Source: Candidatus Hadarchaeota archaeon (GTDB lineage: Archaea; Hadarchaeota; Hadarchaeia; Hadarchaeales; Hadarchaeaceae). Taken from it: a stretch of 43,306 nucleotides of DNA. Below are positions 9,433 to 19,562 of this stretch, piece by piece. The stretch covers positions 1 to 43,306 of the forward strand of contig CAYSRF010000001.1 of the NCBI GenBank assembly GCA_964433595.1, written 5' to 3'. Below the pieces are notes generated by a model. It was not told where the DNA came from and made no database searches. It saw only the letters and a list, made by a program, of their open reading frames with translations. Both the position numbers and the translations under genes were made by a program. The stretch's first letter is position 1. Each line of letters begins with the position of its first letter.

Positions 9433-11502
9433 ATGGAGCTGAATTTTGAACAAATGGTCCAAGAGATCTTAGATCATACAAAAATCGACCATGACGAACT
9501 CATGAAGCGCATCCGTCAGAAACAGGACGAACTCAGCGGTTTCGTGACCCTCGAAGGCGCGGCCACCATTGTCGGCCGGGAATTGGGCGTCGCTTTTAAG
9601 AAAAAAGAACCTGAGATCCGAACCCTACACATCGAGGACCTCATCCCGGGAATGTCAAAAGTGGACATCGTCGGCCGGGTCATCCGCATCTACGAGCCGC
9701 GGGAGTTTCAGCGCCCTAGCGGTAAAGCTGGGCGCGTAGGGGGTCTGCTGGTCCAAGATAAAACCGGACAGATTAGAATCGCGCTGTGGAACGACAAGAC
9801 CTCGTTGATTGAGGGTAATAAGGTTCGGAAGGGAGATGCAGTTCAAGTCAAAAATGCCTACGTGCGCCAAGGATTGAACAAGCAGCCCGAGCTCAGTCTT
9901 GGGATGCGGGGTTCCTTACTCGTGAATCCAGACGACCCGCGCGTATCGGACCTCCCGCCGCTCGTCGAAACGAAAGTCAGAGTTGCGGATCTCAAACCCG
10001 AGCTCACTGAAGTGGACATTACCGGCAGGGTGGTGACGACGAGCGACATCAGGGAATTTGAGCGCCCTGATGGAACCACGGGCAAGGTCGCGAGCCTCAT
10101 ACTCATGGACTCGACAGGTCAGGTACGGGTTTCTCTTTGGGATGACCGGTCGGAGCTCGTGAAGAACCTCAAGCTGGGGGCCGCGGTGAAGCTCGAAAAT
10201 GCGTCGGTGCGGCCCGGGTTGAGAAACAGGCCCGAACTCAGCTTAGGCTCGCGAGGGCGTCTGCTCCTGAACCCGCCCGAGCCGGAAGTGGCGGAACTGC
10301 CCGAGCTGCCCGAGCGCCCGCTCAAGCTAGAGGAGCTCGAGGCCAGCATGCCGACGGTTGACCTTGCGGCTAGGGTCAGGCGAAAGCTCCCGTTGCAGGA
10401 GTTCAAGCGGGACGATGGGACATCAGGGAAAGTTATCAGCGTGATCCTCGCGGACGAGACGGGTACTGTTCGCGCCTCTTTTTGGGGCGGTGCGGCGGAG
10501 TTCGCGCAGAAGCTGAAGCTGAACGATATCGTGCTCCTGCGCAATGCCTACACACGCATCGGCTTGACTGGTAAACCGGAGGTGCATGTCGGCAAAATCG
10601 CGCGAGTTGAGGTGAACCCACCCGGCGTGAGTGTTGGGGCACTCGAACCAAGTCGCATAAAAATTGGTGAGGTTGAGCCGAACATGGATGCGCTTGAGGT
10701 GATCGGGAGAGTGATCGAGGTCATGGCACCGCGTGAGTTCACTCAGGCCGATGGTAGCAAGGGGAAGGTCGCATCCATTATCATCGGTGACCAAACGGGC
10801 ACAACGAGGACATCACTCTGGCACGAACACGCGGATAAAGCGGTCGGCATCAAGGTTGGTGATGTCGTCAAATTCACCAACTGCTACAGCACGCTGGGCC
10901 TCTTCGGTCAGCCCGAGCTTCATCTCGGCAAGCAAGGACAACTCGAGCTAAATCCAGCCACTGGCGAGGAACTGCCGCCCGCTGATGTGATCAAGCTCGC
11001 CACACCAGCACCCGAACGGACCAGCATCGCCGAGGTCCAGAAAGAGGGGATGAGGGTCCAAGTCAGAGGAACCGTGGTACGGGTCTTTCACCGGCGCCCA
11101 GTATTCGACATTTGCCCCGACTGCGGACGAAGCCTAGGGAGTGTGGACACCAGTTTGATGTGCGAGGAGTGTGGGAAAATAGTGACACCTGAACACCGCG
11201 TCGTGCTGAGCTTCATGCTCGACGACGGTACCGACAACCTTCGGGTAGCCCTTTTCGGCAAGGTCGCGGAGCGCCTGCTCGGTATAGGGGCGCAACAGGT
11301 TTTTGAACTCTTCAAGGGTACCCCTGATTTGGCCGAGCTTTACGATAAGTTCAAACTGATCGGGAAGGAGCTTGTCCTCACAGGGTCGACCCGGCACGAC
11401 AAGTACTTCGACCAGCTCGAACTCCGGGCGGCCGATGTGCAGTTCCCCGAGCCGAAACAGGAGGCGCAAGCGCTGCTCAAAAGGATAAAAGCGGGGAAGT
11501 GA
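9433..11502 (+). CDS. rpa: Replication protein A-like ssDNA-binding protein (four tandem OB folds plus a zinc-ribbon OB fold)
   Basis: Four roughly 100-aa internal repeats of the form [IV]xGRVxxxxxxREFxRxDGxxGKVxSxxxxDxTGxxRxSLW...PELxLG. A fifth OB fold is interrupted by CPDCGRS...CEECGK. The start is placed at ATG 9433 (MELNFEQ) because a TATA-like CCCTATAAG lies about 35 nt upstream. The listed ORF begins at TTG 9415. Confidence 0.85.
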   Translation: MELNFEQMVQEILDHTKIDHDELMKRIRQKQDELSGFVTLEGAATIVGRELGVAFKKKEPEIRTLHIEDLIPGMSKVDIVGRVIRIYEPREFQRPSGKAGRVGGLLVQDKTGQIRIALWNDKTSLIEGNKVRKGDAVQVKNAYVRQGLNKQPELSLGMRGSLLVNPDDPRVSDLPPLVETKVRVADLKPELTEVDITGRVVTTSDIREFERPDGTTGKVASLILMDSTGQVRVSLWDDRSELVKNLKLGAAVKLENASVRPGLRNRPELSLGSRGRLLLNPPEPEVAELPELPERPLKLEELEASMPTVDLAARVRRKLPLQEFKRDDGTSGKVISVILADETGTVRASFWGGAAEFAQKLKLNDIVLLRNAYTRIGLTGKPEVHVGKIARVEVNPPGVSVGALEPSRIKIGEVEPNMDALEVIGRVIEVMAPREFTQADGSKGKVASIIIGDQTGTTRTSLWHEHADKAVGIKVGDVVKFTNCYSTLGLFGQPELHLGKQGQLELNPATGEELPPADVIKLATPAPERTSIAEVQKEGMRVQVRGTVVRVFHRRPVFDICPDCGRSLGSVDTSLMCEECGKIVTPEHRVVLSFMLDDGTDNLRVALFGKVAERLLGIGAQQVFELFKGTPDLAELYDKFKLIGKELVLTGSTRHDKYFDQLELRAADVQFPEPKQEAQALLKRIKAGK

Positions 11503-11524
11503 AAAATAAAATGGAGGGTTAGTT

Positions 11525-12475
11525 TTGGCTGAGGAAGTGAAGCGCACAATCGAAAGTTTACCGGGGGTCGGCGAAGCAACTGCCGAGAAGCTTCGCGAGG
11601 CGGGTTATCGAACGATTGAATCAATCGCCGTGGCCTCGGTAGCGGAGCTGCATGAAGCTGCAGAGATCGGTGCGGGGCAAGCAAAAAAAATAATCGCTGC
11701 CGCTGGGGAGATCGCGGAGTTTGGCGTCTTTGTCACCGCCGACAAGGTCCTCGAGCGCCGGGAGAAGGTTGGATTGATAACTACGAGCAGTGAGCAGCTC
11801 GACACGTTACTCGGCGGAGGAATTGAAACTCAAGCAGTGACTGAGGTTTTTGGTGAATTCGGATCAGGAAAAACCCAGTTGGCCCACCAGCTCTGCGTGA
11901 ACGTTCAGCTTCCACCCGAGCAAAAGGGGTTAGGGGGGAAGGCGATTTACATCGACACCGAGAATACTTTTAGACCCGAACGGATCCGGGACATGGCGAT
12001 CGGCCTCAACCTCGACCCGATGAAGACCCTCCAGAACGTCCTCTACATAAGGTCCTACAACACCGACCAGCAGATCCTGATAGCCGAGAAGGCCGAGGAG
12101 AAGATCGAGGAGGAAAATGTGTGCCTCATGGTGATTGATTCCCTCACCTCACACTTCCGGGCCGAGTACGTTGGGCGGGGAGCTCTAGCCAACCGCCAGC
12201 AGAAGTTGAACCGCCACCTCCTGACGCTTCATCGAATAGCCGACCTCCACGACCTAGCCATCTTCGTGACGAACCAAGTGATGGCGAGGCCTGACGTTTT
12301 CTTCGGGGACCCCACCCGACCAATCGGGGGGCATGTGCTCGCCCACTCCGCCACGACCCGCGTCTACCTTCGAAAGTCCAAGGGTGGAAAGCGGATCGCG
12401 CGGATATTTGACAGCCCCAACTTGCCCGAGGCTGAGGCGGTCTTCATGATTAGCGGGCAAGGGATAAGGGACTGA
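11525..12475 (+). CDS. radA: DNA repair and recombination protein RadA
   Basis: N-terminal Hh[18 protein letters not shown]. Walker [10 protein letters not shown]. Walker B LMVIDS. TTG start preceded by a GGAGGG SD. Confidence 0.95.
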   Translation: MAEEVKRTIESLPGVGEATAEKLREAGYRTIESIAVASVAELHEAAEIGAGQAKKIIAAAGEIAEFGVFVTADKVLERREKVGLITTSSEQLDTLLGGGIETQAVTEVFGEFGSGKTQLAHQLCVNVQLPPEQKGLGGKAIYIDTENTFRPERIRDMAIGLNLDPMKTLQNVLYIRSYNTDQQILIAEKAEEKIEEENVCLMVIDSLTSHFRAEYVGRGALANRQQKLNRHLLTLHRIADLHDLAIFVTNQVMARPDVFFGDPTRPIGGHVLAHSATTRVYLRKSKGGKRIARIFDSPNLPEAEAVFMISGQGIRD

Positions 12476-12488
12476 ATTAGGTGGAAGT

Positions 12489-13178
12489 TTGATCAGTTTT
12501 GTTGCTGTCGACATCGACGGCACGCTGACGTTTAGAAATCGAAGACTTGATATCGCTGGCGTGAGTGCCATTCAAAAGGCCGAGGATTCGGGTCTGCCCG
12601 TGGTGCTCGCGACGGGAAACGTGCTCGCGTTCGCGGAAACTGCCGCAATTATGCTCGGGACTTCAGGGCCGCTGATAGCCGAGGATGGAGGGATTGTGTT
12701 TGACCCAACCAGCGGGTGGGAATGTGTACTCGGCGACCGTGTCGATGCCGAGCGTGGGCTGGTCGCTCTTGAACGGGAATTTGGCCCTCTGCGGCAGACT
12801 AGGAGCTCGAGGTCACGCCTCACGGGCCTGACCCTGAAGCGCACAATCGAAGCTGGGGCCGCCGAGGAACTCTTTAGGCGCGAGGGACTTAATCTGGTCG
12901 CCGTCGACTCAGGCTTAGCGATTCATCTTAGAAGTCCAAACGTGAACAAAGGAAACGCGCTCCGGAAAGTCGCCTCGTTCTTGAGGGTGCCACTTGCCGA
13001 AGTTGCGGCTGTAGGGAATGGTCCGAACGATGTCGAGATGTTAGAGTTCGCGGGGCTGAGCTTCGCCGTAGCAAACTCGGACGAAGCGGTGAAGCGCGTA
13101 TGTACCTATGTGACCGCCGAGCCTCACGGGAGGGGCGTCGTGGAAGCCATCGAGAAAATTCTCAGCCTGCGAGGCTAG
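12489..13178 (+). CDS. HAD-IIB hydrolase, archaeal phosphoglycolate phosphatase-like
   Basis: HAD motif I VAVDIDGTLT, ATGN, and motif III/IV GNGPNDVEML. 229 aa. An AGGTGGA SD precedes the TTG start. Confidence 0.75.
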   Translation: MISFVAVDIDGTLTFRNRRLDIAGVSAIQKAEDSGLPVVLATGNVLAFAETAAIMLGTSGPLIAEDGGIVFDPTSGWECVLGDRVDAERGLVALEREFGPLRQTRSSRSRLTGLTLKRTIEAGAAEELFRREGLNLVAVDSGLAIHLRSPNVNKGNALRKVASFLRVPLAEVAAVGNGPNDVEMLEFAGLSFAVANSDEAVKRVCTYVTAEPHGRGVVEAIEKILSLRG

Positions 13179-13276
13179 TTTCATGAGTGCTGTTTTCAAG
13201 ATCTAAAATAATTTCGTTCGCTGTCTTGGTGCATGATTTAAACAAATTCCGTTCCTTTGTTGTCTTGGTGGTGTCG

Positions 13277-13963
13277 ATGAAGATTGGCGTAATCGCTGAC
13301 CCCCACTCGAACCTCGCGGCGCTCAAGGCCGTGCTCAAAGACATGCCTCGCGTTGATGAACTCATCTGCGTGGGCGACCTCGTGGGGTACGCCGCTGAGC
13401 CCAACGAAGTGGTGAAGTTGACTAGGGCGAAGCGGATGCGGGTGGTGATGGGAAACCATGATTACGCAACAGTGACGCGCGATGTGCGGGGCTTTAACCC
13501 GCTAGCGGCGCAAGCGGCGCTCTGGACCGCCGATAACTTGAGCAAGGAAAATCTCGAATTTTTATCGAACCTCCCAACCCATCTCACGCTGACCTACGGA
13601 AAGCAAAGGCTCTACGTGGTGCATGGGAGCCCCCGCGACCCGCTCAACGAATACATCTTTCCAGATACCTCGAACCGCGTGCTCGCAGAACTCGTTCGCG
13701 ACCTAGATGCGGATATCCTCGTGCTTGGCCACACTCACATGCCGATCGAGCGCGTCGTTTTTGGCAAGCTGATTCTTAATCCGGGTGGCGTGGGGCAGCC
13801 GCGTGATCGTGACCCACGAGCTAGCTACGCGGTTCTAAACCTAGGCAAGGAAGTAAAGGTAAGCTTCCATAGAGTCGGCTACGATGTAAAAATCACGGCC
13901 GAAAAAATAGAAGCTGCAGGATTACCCAGTGAACTCGCGACGAGATTGTTCTTCGGGTGGTAA
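13277..13963 (+). CDS. Metallophosphoesterase (YfcE/MJ0936-like)
   Basis: MKIGVIADPHSN, GDLVGY, GNHD and GHTH motifs. The start is placed at ATG 13277, preceded by a GGTGGTG SD. The listed ORF start at 13187 would add an implausible 30-aa leader. Confidence 0.8.
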   Translation: MKIGVIADPHSNLAALKAVLKDMPRVDELICVGDLVGYAAEPNEVVKLTRAKRMRVVMGNHDYATVTRDVRGFNPLAAQAALWTADNLSKENLEFLSNLPTHLTLTYGKQRLYVVHGSPRDPLNEYIFPDTSNRVLAELVRDLDADILVLGHTHMPIERVVFGKLILNPGGVGQPRDRDPRASYAVLNLGKEVKVSFHRVGYDVKITAEKIEAAGLPSELATRLFFGW

Positions 13964-13975
13964 TTAGGGTAATGT

Positions 13976-14266
13976 TTATGGAATGCCGGGCTTCGGTCCC
14001 GTCTTGAGCTGCTGGATTGCTAAAACGCGCTCGTTAATGACGATGAAATCGCGTATCGACATAACGGCGCTGAAGGGGATCAAAGCGTTTCCGCTCGAGT
14101 CGCGAGGGATGTTCCCGAGCGTCTCCTTCGAAATGGGCCTGACCACGAGCGATTGGATCTTTCCGTCCTTCTCGTCGAATAGGATATCATCGAGTCGCCC
14201 CACCTGCATGCCCCTATCTGAGATGACACCTATCGCCCGAATTCTACTCGCCATAACCTGCGCCAA
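13976..14266 (-). CDS. PRC-barrel domain protein
   Basis: 96 aa. GMQVGRLDDILFDEKDGKIQSLVV...IPFSAV is a typical PRC-barrel pattern. Confidence 0.65.
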   Translation of the reverse strand: MAQVMASRIRAIGVISDRGMQVGRLDDILFDEKDGKIQSLVVRPISKETLGNIPRDSSGNALIPFSAVMSIRDFIVINERVLAIQQLKTGPKPGIP

Positions 14267-14308
14267 GCTCTGTCCTCCGCCCTAATTTAGAGTTCGTCCT
14301 TAAAAAGG

Positions 14309-17300
14309 TTAATAGTGCATCCCCGTTGCTTCTTCCGCCACGCGCTTGCTTTTTCTCTCCGTGAAAGTTTCATACGCCTTGACCATCTCTGGTATCAGGG
14401 AAGGTTTGATGCCTTCCATCGCCTCGCGGAAATGTTGCATCCGAACCTCCTTGCCCTTTATGTCCTTTCGCAGCACGAGCATCGCAGCCTCGCGGCATAG
14501 GGCGGCGATGTCCGATCCCGAGTAGCCACCGATCTCTTTTGCTAACAATTTGAGATTAACATCCTTCCCAAGCGGCATGTTCTTAGTGTGGATTTTGAGT
14601 ATCTCTAAACGGGCTTCCTCGTCGGGGGCTGGAACCAACACAAGCCTGTCGAAGCGCCCTGGGCGGAGCAGCGCTGGGTCTACTAGGTCGGGACGATTAG
14701 TTGCACCGATCACGACAACATTTTCAAGTTTCTCCAACCCATCGAGCTCGGTGAGCAGCTGACTTATAACCCGCTCGGTCACGTGGGCGTCCCCGAACCC
14801 GGAGCCACGCCTGGGCACGAGCGCGTCGATCTCGTCGAAGAAGATTATCGCGGGGGCAGCCATCTTGGCCTTGCGGAAAGTCTCGCGTACCCCCTTCTCC
14901 GACTCTCCAACCCATTTTGACAACAGCTCGGGACCCTTGATCGAGATGAAGTTCGCCTCGCTCTCGGTCGCCACCGCTCGGGCTAGCAGGGTTTTGCCGG
15001 TTCCGGGTGGGCCGTAGAGTAGGATGCCGTGCGGGGGCTCTATCCCAACGCGCTTGAAGGCGTCTGGGTATTTGATTGGCCACTCGACTGCCTCAACCAG
15101 TTCTTGCTTCGCGCGCTCCAGACCACCAACATCCTCCCAGTGCACATCCGGGATTTCAATCAAAACCTCGCGCATAGCCGAGGGTTCTGTCATCCTCAGC
15201 GCATTGTCGAAGTCCTCCTTCGTCACTTGCAACTTCTCAAGCACTTCGGGCGGGATGATATTTTCCTCGAGCTTTATTTCGGGAAGGATGCGCCTCAAAG
15301 CGCTCATCGCTGCCTCCTTGGCTAAGGCCTCGAGATCAGCACCGACGAAACCGTGAGTGATATTCGCATAGCGGTCGAGATCAACATCCTTCGCGAGAGG
15401 CATTCCCCGGGTGTGGATTTGCAGGATCTCTTTGCGCCCGTCGCGGTCGGGCACGCCTAGTTCTATCTCCCGATCAAATCTGCCCGGGCGGCGAATCGCC
15501 GGGTCTAAGGCATTGACGCGGTTGGTGTTATGAAGAAGAATTGGTGTTTCGCCACCGAAGAACGCTTCGCTCTCGCACCCACATAAGTCATAAACGTATC
15601 CATCAAAATGAACTTTTTTCATCGATTTAATGACAGGGCGTTTTATGTGCATTTTAGCAACCGAGTGGGTTTTGAATGGATTGCTCGTTTCGCCGATGCA
15701 TAACCTGTATGCATTGCTCTCCTTGTCTATCACCTGCTCGCCTATTCTTCGTCCAGCCTTTGCGGTGAATTTTGTAACATATGATTTAATGCCGTGCATC
15801 CTACACAGCCAGTTTAATTCGAGTACGAGTTGTTTGTTTACAGATGTTACCTCAAGTCCTTTCTTGCCCCTTTTCAGCTCGTACCCATCGCCAGCCACAT
15901 ACGCCCCTAGGAAGGCGAGGAAATGCTCCCTCGGGGATTCGTAGATGAAGTTCGGCACATGCTTGCCGCGAGCCCCTTTTCCACAATATTTAGCAAAGAA
16001 GTCCGCCAAAATTTTTGAATGATAAATGATGTTCGTCCTCGCACCAACCGTTCGAACTTTCGACGGTTCCACGTTGAACACATTCTTCATCTTCACGACC
16101 ACATCGTTTATGAGGTCTGTTTCGTGAGAACCGAAGCAAAAGTCCAATTCGTGTCTACTGTAACCTTCAGCTACATAATAGCCCAATAGTTTCATTAGCT
16201 CTGAGCTTGCCTCAACTCTGACGGGGATAGATCGAGCCAATCGTGTTTTGAACATTCGTGGGTTGCTTCCCCGGCTCCATCTTCTCACGGTGCTGGGCCA
16301 GACCCCCAAGGCCGCCGCCAGTTGTTCAGCACTGATATCTCCTCTTTGTGCAGCATTGTACGAATCCTTCACGACTGGATCGAACACCTCAAATGTGCCG
16401 TCCTCATTTTGCTGAAAACTATGGCTTCTCAGGGATGGGTTCGGGCCAGTACGATTCGCTTTGAAAGGAATGTCAACTAAACATTCGCCGACCTTGAGTT
16501 CAGAGACTGGTTTGGCGTAGATCCCCCTTCGATCCCGCACAAAGACAGAGTGATCGCCAGTCGCCCTTATTTTCCCCCCAATGAACTCAATTTCATAAAT
16601 TTCATTGACCTTGTGCCGAAACACTCCTCTTACTCTCTTAAATGCACTGTTTTTGAAATACGTTTGTCTGAATCGATTGTTAGAGGTAAAACCATCGAAG
16701 CCCAAGGTGTAAATCCCATCGACTTGCTTTTCGATTCCATCCTCGTTTTCAGCATAAAATTTGTCGATAAACTCGCCTATGGGAATGATCTTCGTACCGC
16801 TTTCGTCCTTTATCAGTATTGGAGTTTCTCCCGTGACACTTGCGCCAATCACGATAACTTTGCCGCGACTTTTCAAACCATCAAGTGCGGTACAAAGGGT
16901 GGCCACCACTCGCCGCTCTACTTCTCCAGTGACCTCTTCACGCTTCGGAGCTATCGCATCGAGTTCGTCGATAAACACGATTGAGGGGGCGTTCTTTTCC
17001 GCTCGCTCGAAGATTTCCCTTAGACGAGCCTCCGATTCTCCGTACCATTTACTCATCACCTCGGGCCCGGCAATCGAGGTAAAGTTCGCCCCCGACTCGT
17101 TCGCCACCGCCTTTGCGATCAGCGTTTTACCCGTGCCCGGTGGACCGTGGAGCAGCACTCCCTTGGGGGGCTCGATGCCCAAGCGATCGAACACCTCAGG
17201 ATGCTTCAGCGGGAGTTCGATCATCTCTCGGACGCGCTGGAGTTCCTCCTTCAGCCCGCCGATATCTTCGTAAGTTACGGCTGGCACTCTTAGCTCCTTG

Positions 17301-17890
17301 ATTTCGACGGCTTGCGGAAGCACCTCGACGCTCGTCATGTCGGTCACGAGCACGATGCCCGAGGGGGAAATATTGACAACGGCAAATTTTATTTCACCGA
17401 ACCCAAAGGGTAATGCCATTCTACCAAAAAATTCATCGCCGAAGAGTTCCCCAAAGAGACCACCCATGCGCACAGGTTCCTCGGGGGGCGTTGGGGCAAT
17501 CAAGTCACCTTTAGTTAAGGGTCTTCCGAGCAAGTTACGCCTGATTACCTCCCCCGGCGCCATGAACCTGACGCGGGGGTCGGTGGGAGCGATGGTGACA
17601 CTTTTAGCTTCCTTCAGCGAGGCCTTCCGCACGGTGACCTTTTCCCCTATCGAAGTGCCAGCGTTGTGGCGAATGAGTCCGTCCATCCGAATTATCTCAA
17701 GTCCTTTATCCTCCGGGAAGCCCTTCATCGCGATCGCGCCGGTTGAGCGGGGGCCAGTTATCTCAATTATATCGCCCTGTTTGATGCCGGCCCGCTTCAT
17801 CACTCCTTCATCGATTAGGGCAAAACCACGGTTAACGTAAGCCTGATGGCGATTTTCCGCGACTACGAGCTTCAGCTCCTTCTCGGCCAT
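14309..17890 (-). CDS. cdc48: CDC48/VAT-type AAA+ ATPase, interrupted by an intein
   Basis: N-domain followed by two AAA modules, each with GPPGTGKT. D2 has the intact [25 protein letters not shown]. In D1 the equivalent VIVIGA / [19 protein letters not shown] is split by 438 aa. Removing the insert leaves 755 aa, the normal size for an archaeal CDC48. Confidence 0.95.
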   Translation of the reverse strand: MAEKELKLVVAENRHQAYVNRGFALIDEGVMKRAGIKQGDIIEITGPRSTGAIAMKGFPEDKGLEIIRMDGLIRHNAGTSIGEKVTVRKASLKEAKSVTIAPTDPRVRFMAPGEVIRRNLLGRPLTKGDLIAPTPPEEPVRMGGLFGELFGDEFFGRMALPFGFGEIKFAVVNISPSGIVLVTDMTSVEVLPQAVEIKELRVPAVTYEDIGGLKEELQRVREMIELPLKHPEVFDRLGIEPPKGVLLHGPPGTGKTLIAKAVANESGANFTSIAGPEVMSKWYGESEARLREIFERAEKNAPSIVFIDELDAIAPKREEVTGEVERRVVATLCTALDGLKSRGKVIVIGASVTGETPILIKDESGTKIIPIGEFIDKFYAENEDGIEKQVDGIYTLGFDGFTSNNRFRQTYFKNSAFKRVRGVFRHKVNEIYEIEFIGGKIRATGDHSVFVRDRRGIYAKPVSELKVGECLVDIPFKANRTGPNPSLRSHSFQQNEDGTFEVFDPVVKDSYNAAQRGDISAEQLAAALGVWPSTVRRWSRGSNPRMFKTRLARSIPVRVEASSELMKLLGYYVAEGYSRHELDFCFGSHETDLINDVVVKMKNVFNVEPSKVRTVGARTNIIYHSKILADFFAKYCGKGARGKHVPNFIYESPREHFLAFLGAYVAGDGYELKRGKKGLEVTSVNKQLVLELNWLCRMHGIKSYVTKFTAKAGRRIGEQVIDKESNAYRLCIGETSNPFKTHSVAKMHIKRPVIKSMKKVHFDGYVYDLCGCESEAFFGGETPILLHNTNRVNALDPAIRRPGRFDREIELGVPDRDGRKEILQIHTRGMPLAKDVDLDRYANITHGFVGADLEALAKEAAMSALRRILPEIKLEENIIPPEVLEKLQVTKEDFDNALRMTEPSAMREVLIEIPDVHWEDVGGLERAKQELVEAVEWPIKYPDAFKRVGIEPPHGILLYGPPGTGKTLLARAVATESEANFISIKGPELLSKWVGESEKGVRETFRKAKMAAPAIIFFDEIDALVPRRGSGFGDAHVTERVISQLLTELDGLEKLENVVVIGATNRPDLVDPALLRPGRFDRLVLVPAPDEEARLEILKIHTKNMPLGKDVNLKLLAKEIGGYSGSDIAALCREAAMLVLRKDIKGKEVRMQHFREAMEGIKPSLIPEMVKAYETFTERKSKRVAEEATGMHY
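15527..16840 (-). mobile_element. Intein with LAGLIDADG homing-endonuclease domain inside cdc48 (aa 351-788)
   Basis: Starts with Ser ([10 protein letters not shown], block A). Block B is ATGDHSVFV. There are two LAGLIDADG motifs ([21 protein letters not shown]). It ends ...ETPILLHN, followed by the +1 Thr of TNR. Boundaries were verified codon by codon: AGT at 16840-16838 and AAC at 15529-15527. By eye the segment is more A+T-rich than the exteins. Confidence 0.9.
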
Positions 17891-17899
17891 TCCATCACC

Positions 17900-18166
17900 T
17901 CAAATCTCGACCTCAAACCTGTGCCAGACTAAGTGTTTGCTGAACTCCTTGAAAATCTTTTCGACCATCTTGGCGTACTCCTCTTCGATCAGCAGAGTGC
18001 TCCGATTTATAAACTCCCAGACATCATCTGGGATCTCATCGAGAATCCCAGCCGAGTGGCTCCGCCCAGCTTTGGTTGGGTAATCGTACCCACTAAGCGC
18101 CCGGTAGAAGAGCGTCGCTGGTGAGCCTCGGGTCTTGACATCCCAAACCAGCAGGATTTTTCGCAT
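17900..18166 (-). CDS. Small hypothetical protein with a ferredoxin-like/Cas2-like pattern; paralog of the 23322-23615 ORF
   Basis: 88 aa. The stop lies 9 nt upstream of the cdc48 start, so an operon is likely. RKILLVWDV...FYRAL...STLLIEEE...LVWHRFEV aligns with RKLVIYDF...FYFDL...SAVLVEEM...KVRIYAVKE of the other ORF. Confidence 0.55.
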   Translation of the reverse strand: MRKILLVWDVKTRGSPATLFYRALSGYDYPTKAGRSHSAGILDEIPDDVWEFINRSTLLIEEEYAKMVEKIFKEFSKHLVWHRFEVEI

Positions 18167-18291
18167 ATTTTCACTTGTTGTATATATAACAAATATTCCC
18201 TATTTAAGGTTTGTTGGTTGGCACGCGAAAACTTGGCTCTTGAAAGGTGAATAAATTTAAGTCGACAGCACCAGCAAGAATGTGGGTGAGC

Positions 18292-19494
18292 ATGAAGCTA
18301 GCGTTCATCGACTGCAGCATCGCGGGCGTTTCGGGCGACATGCTAACCGCTGCGCTCATCGATGCTGGCGCTCCCGCGGGGAAGGTTAAAAAGGCGATGT
18401 TAAGGGCGGGTAAACTTTTCGGCGATATCGAAGTTGGGGTCAAGCGAGTTCGGGTGAATGAGATCAAGGCGACGCGTATTGAGGTCGAGACGAGGGACGA
18501 AGGAGGGCGAACCTACGTGGAAATTATGAAGCGGCTCAGACGGCTTCCAATGCCGTCGAAGGTTGGGGGCGCCGTGTTTGAAACGCTCAGAACTCTCGCC
18601 GAGGCTGAGGCCCGCGTGCACGGCAAACACCTCGAGCATCTCGTGTTGCACAAAGTCGGGGCCGCAGATGCGATCGCAGATATCGTGGGCTGTTGCACGG
18701 CCGCGAATGAACTGGGACTTTTCGAGCGAGAGGTGTTAGCAAGCGAGGTAGCAGTTGGAAAAGGAACCACAACGTTTATCCACGGCAAGCTTCCCCTGCC
18801 TGCCCCAGCTACCCTCGAAATTCTCATGGGGAAGCCGGTTCGGGGGGTTTCTTCGAAGACCGAGTTCACCACGCCCACCGGGACCGCCCTGTTGGTCGCG
18901 CTCGCCGATCGGTTCGTCGACGCTTATCCCGCGATGCGCATCGATGCGGTTGGTTATGGTGCGGGTACACGGAGACTTCCCTCGCCGAACTTAGTACGTG
19001 TGTGCTTGGGCGAGACGAGCGAGCGCGGGCTCAAGCTCCAGAAAATATCGGTGCTCGAGACGAACCTTGACGATGTTTCGGGCGAGGTCATCGGCTACAC
19101 GCTTGAAAAACTGATGGCGGAGGGCGCGCTGGATGCGAGCGCTGTTTCAATCCTGATGAAGAAGGGAAGGCCAGGATTTTTGATCAAGGTGCTCGCAAAA
19201 CCCGGGGATGCCGAACGACTTGCGCGACTGCTGATGTTGGAGACCGGGACGCTCGGGGTGCGGGTGTTGCCGTCGGTGCACCGCTACGCGCTCGAGCGGG
19301 AGGTCGTGCGAGTCGACCTGAGGCTAGCCGGGCGTAAATTTAAGCCGCGTGTAAAGGTGGCGCGGGAACGGGGCAAGCTGGTCGGTTTTGCCGCGGAGTA
19401 CGAGGATGCGAAGCAGATAGCCAAGCGAACTGGCATCGGGTTGCGAGAAGTTATCGGCCGCGTCGAAGAAATTGCTCGAAGAAAAATCAGATAG
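18292..19494 (+). CDS. larC: LarC-family nickel-insertion protein (DUF111)
   Basis: MKLAFIDCSIAGVSGDMLTAALIDAGA is the conserved DUF111/LarC N-terminus. The start is placed at ATG 18292 with a GGGTGAG SD. The listed ORF begins at 18247. Confidence 0.8.
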   Translation: MKLAFIDCSIAGVSGDMLTAALIDAGAPAGKVKKAMLRAGKLFGDIEVGVKRVRVNEIKATRIEVETRDEGGRTYVEIMKRLRRLPMPSKVGGAVFETLRTLAEAEARVHGKHLEHLVLHKVGAADAIADIVGCCTAANELGLFEREVLASEVAVGKGTTTFIHGKLPLPAPATLEILMGKPVRGVSSKTEFTTPTGTALLVALADRFVDAYPAMRIDAVGYGAGTRRLPSPNLVRVCLGETSERGLKLQKISVLETNLDDVSGEVIGYTLEKLMAEGALDASAVSILMKKGRPGFLIKVLAKPGDAERLARLLMLETGTLGVRVLPSVHRYALEREVVRVDLRLAGRKFKPRVKVARERGKLVGFAAEYEDAKQIAKRTGIGLREVIGRVEEIARRKIR

Positions 19495-19562
19495 TCCAGG
19501 TCACGCTGATTAATGCGCTGAGACGAATATTCGACATCCCATTACTTCGGACGACCCGATCA

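Noticed and set aside
16761-17840. Plus-strand ORFs of 170 aa and 180 aa
   Set aside because: They are antisense to the cdc48 N-domain and D1. Their Ser/Pro-rich, low-complexity translations mark them as shadow ORFs.
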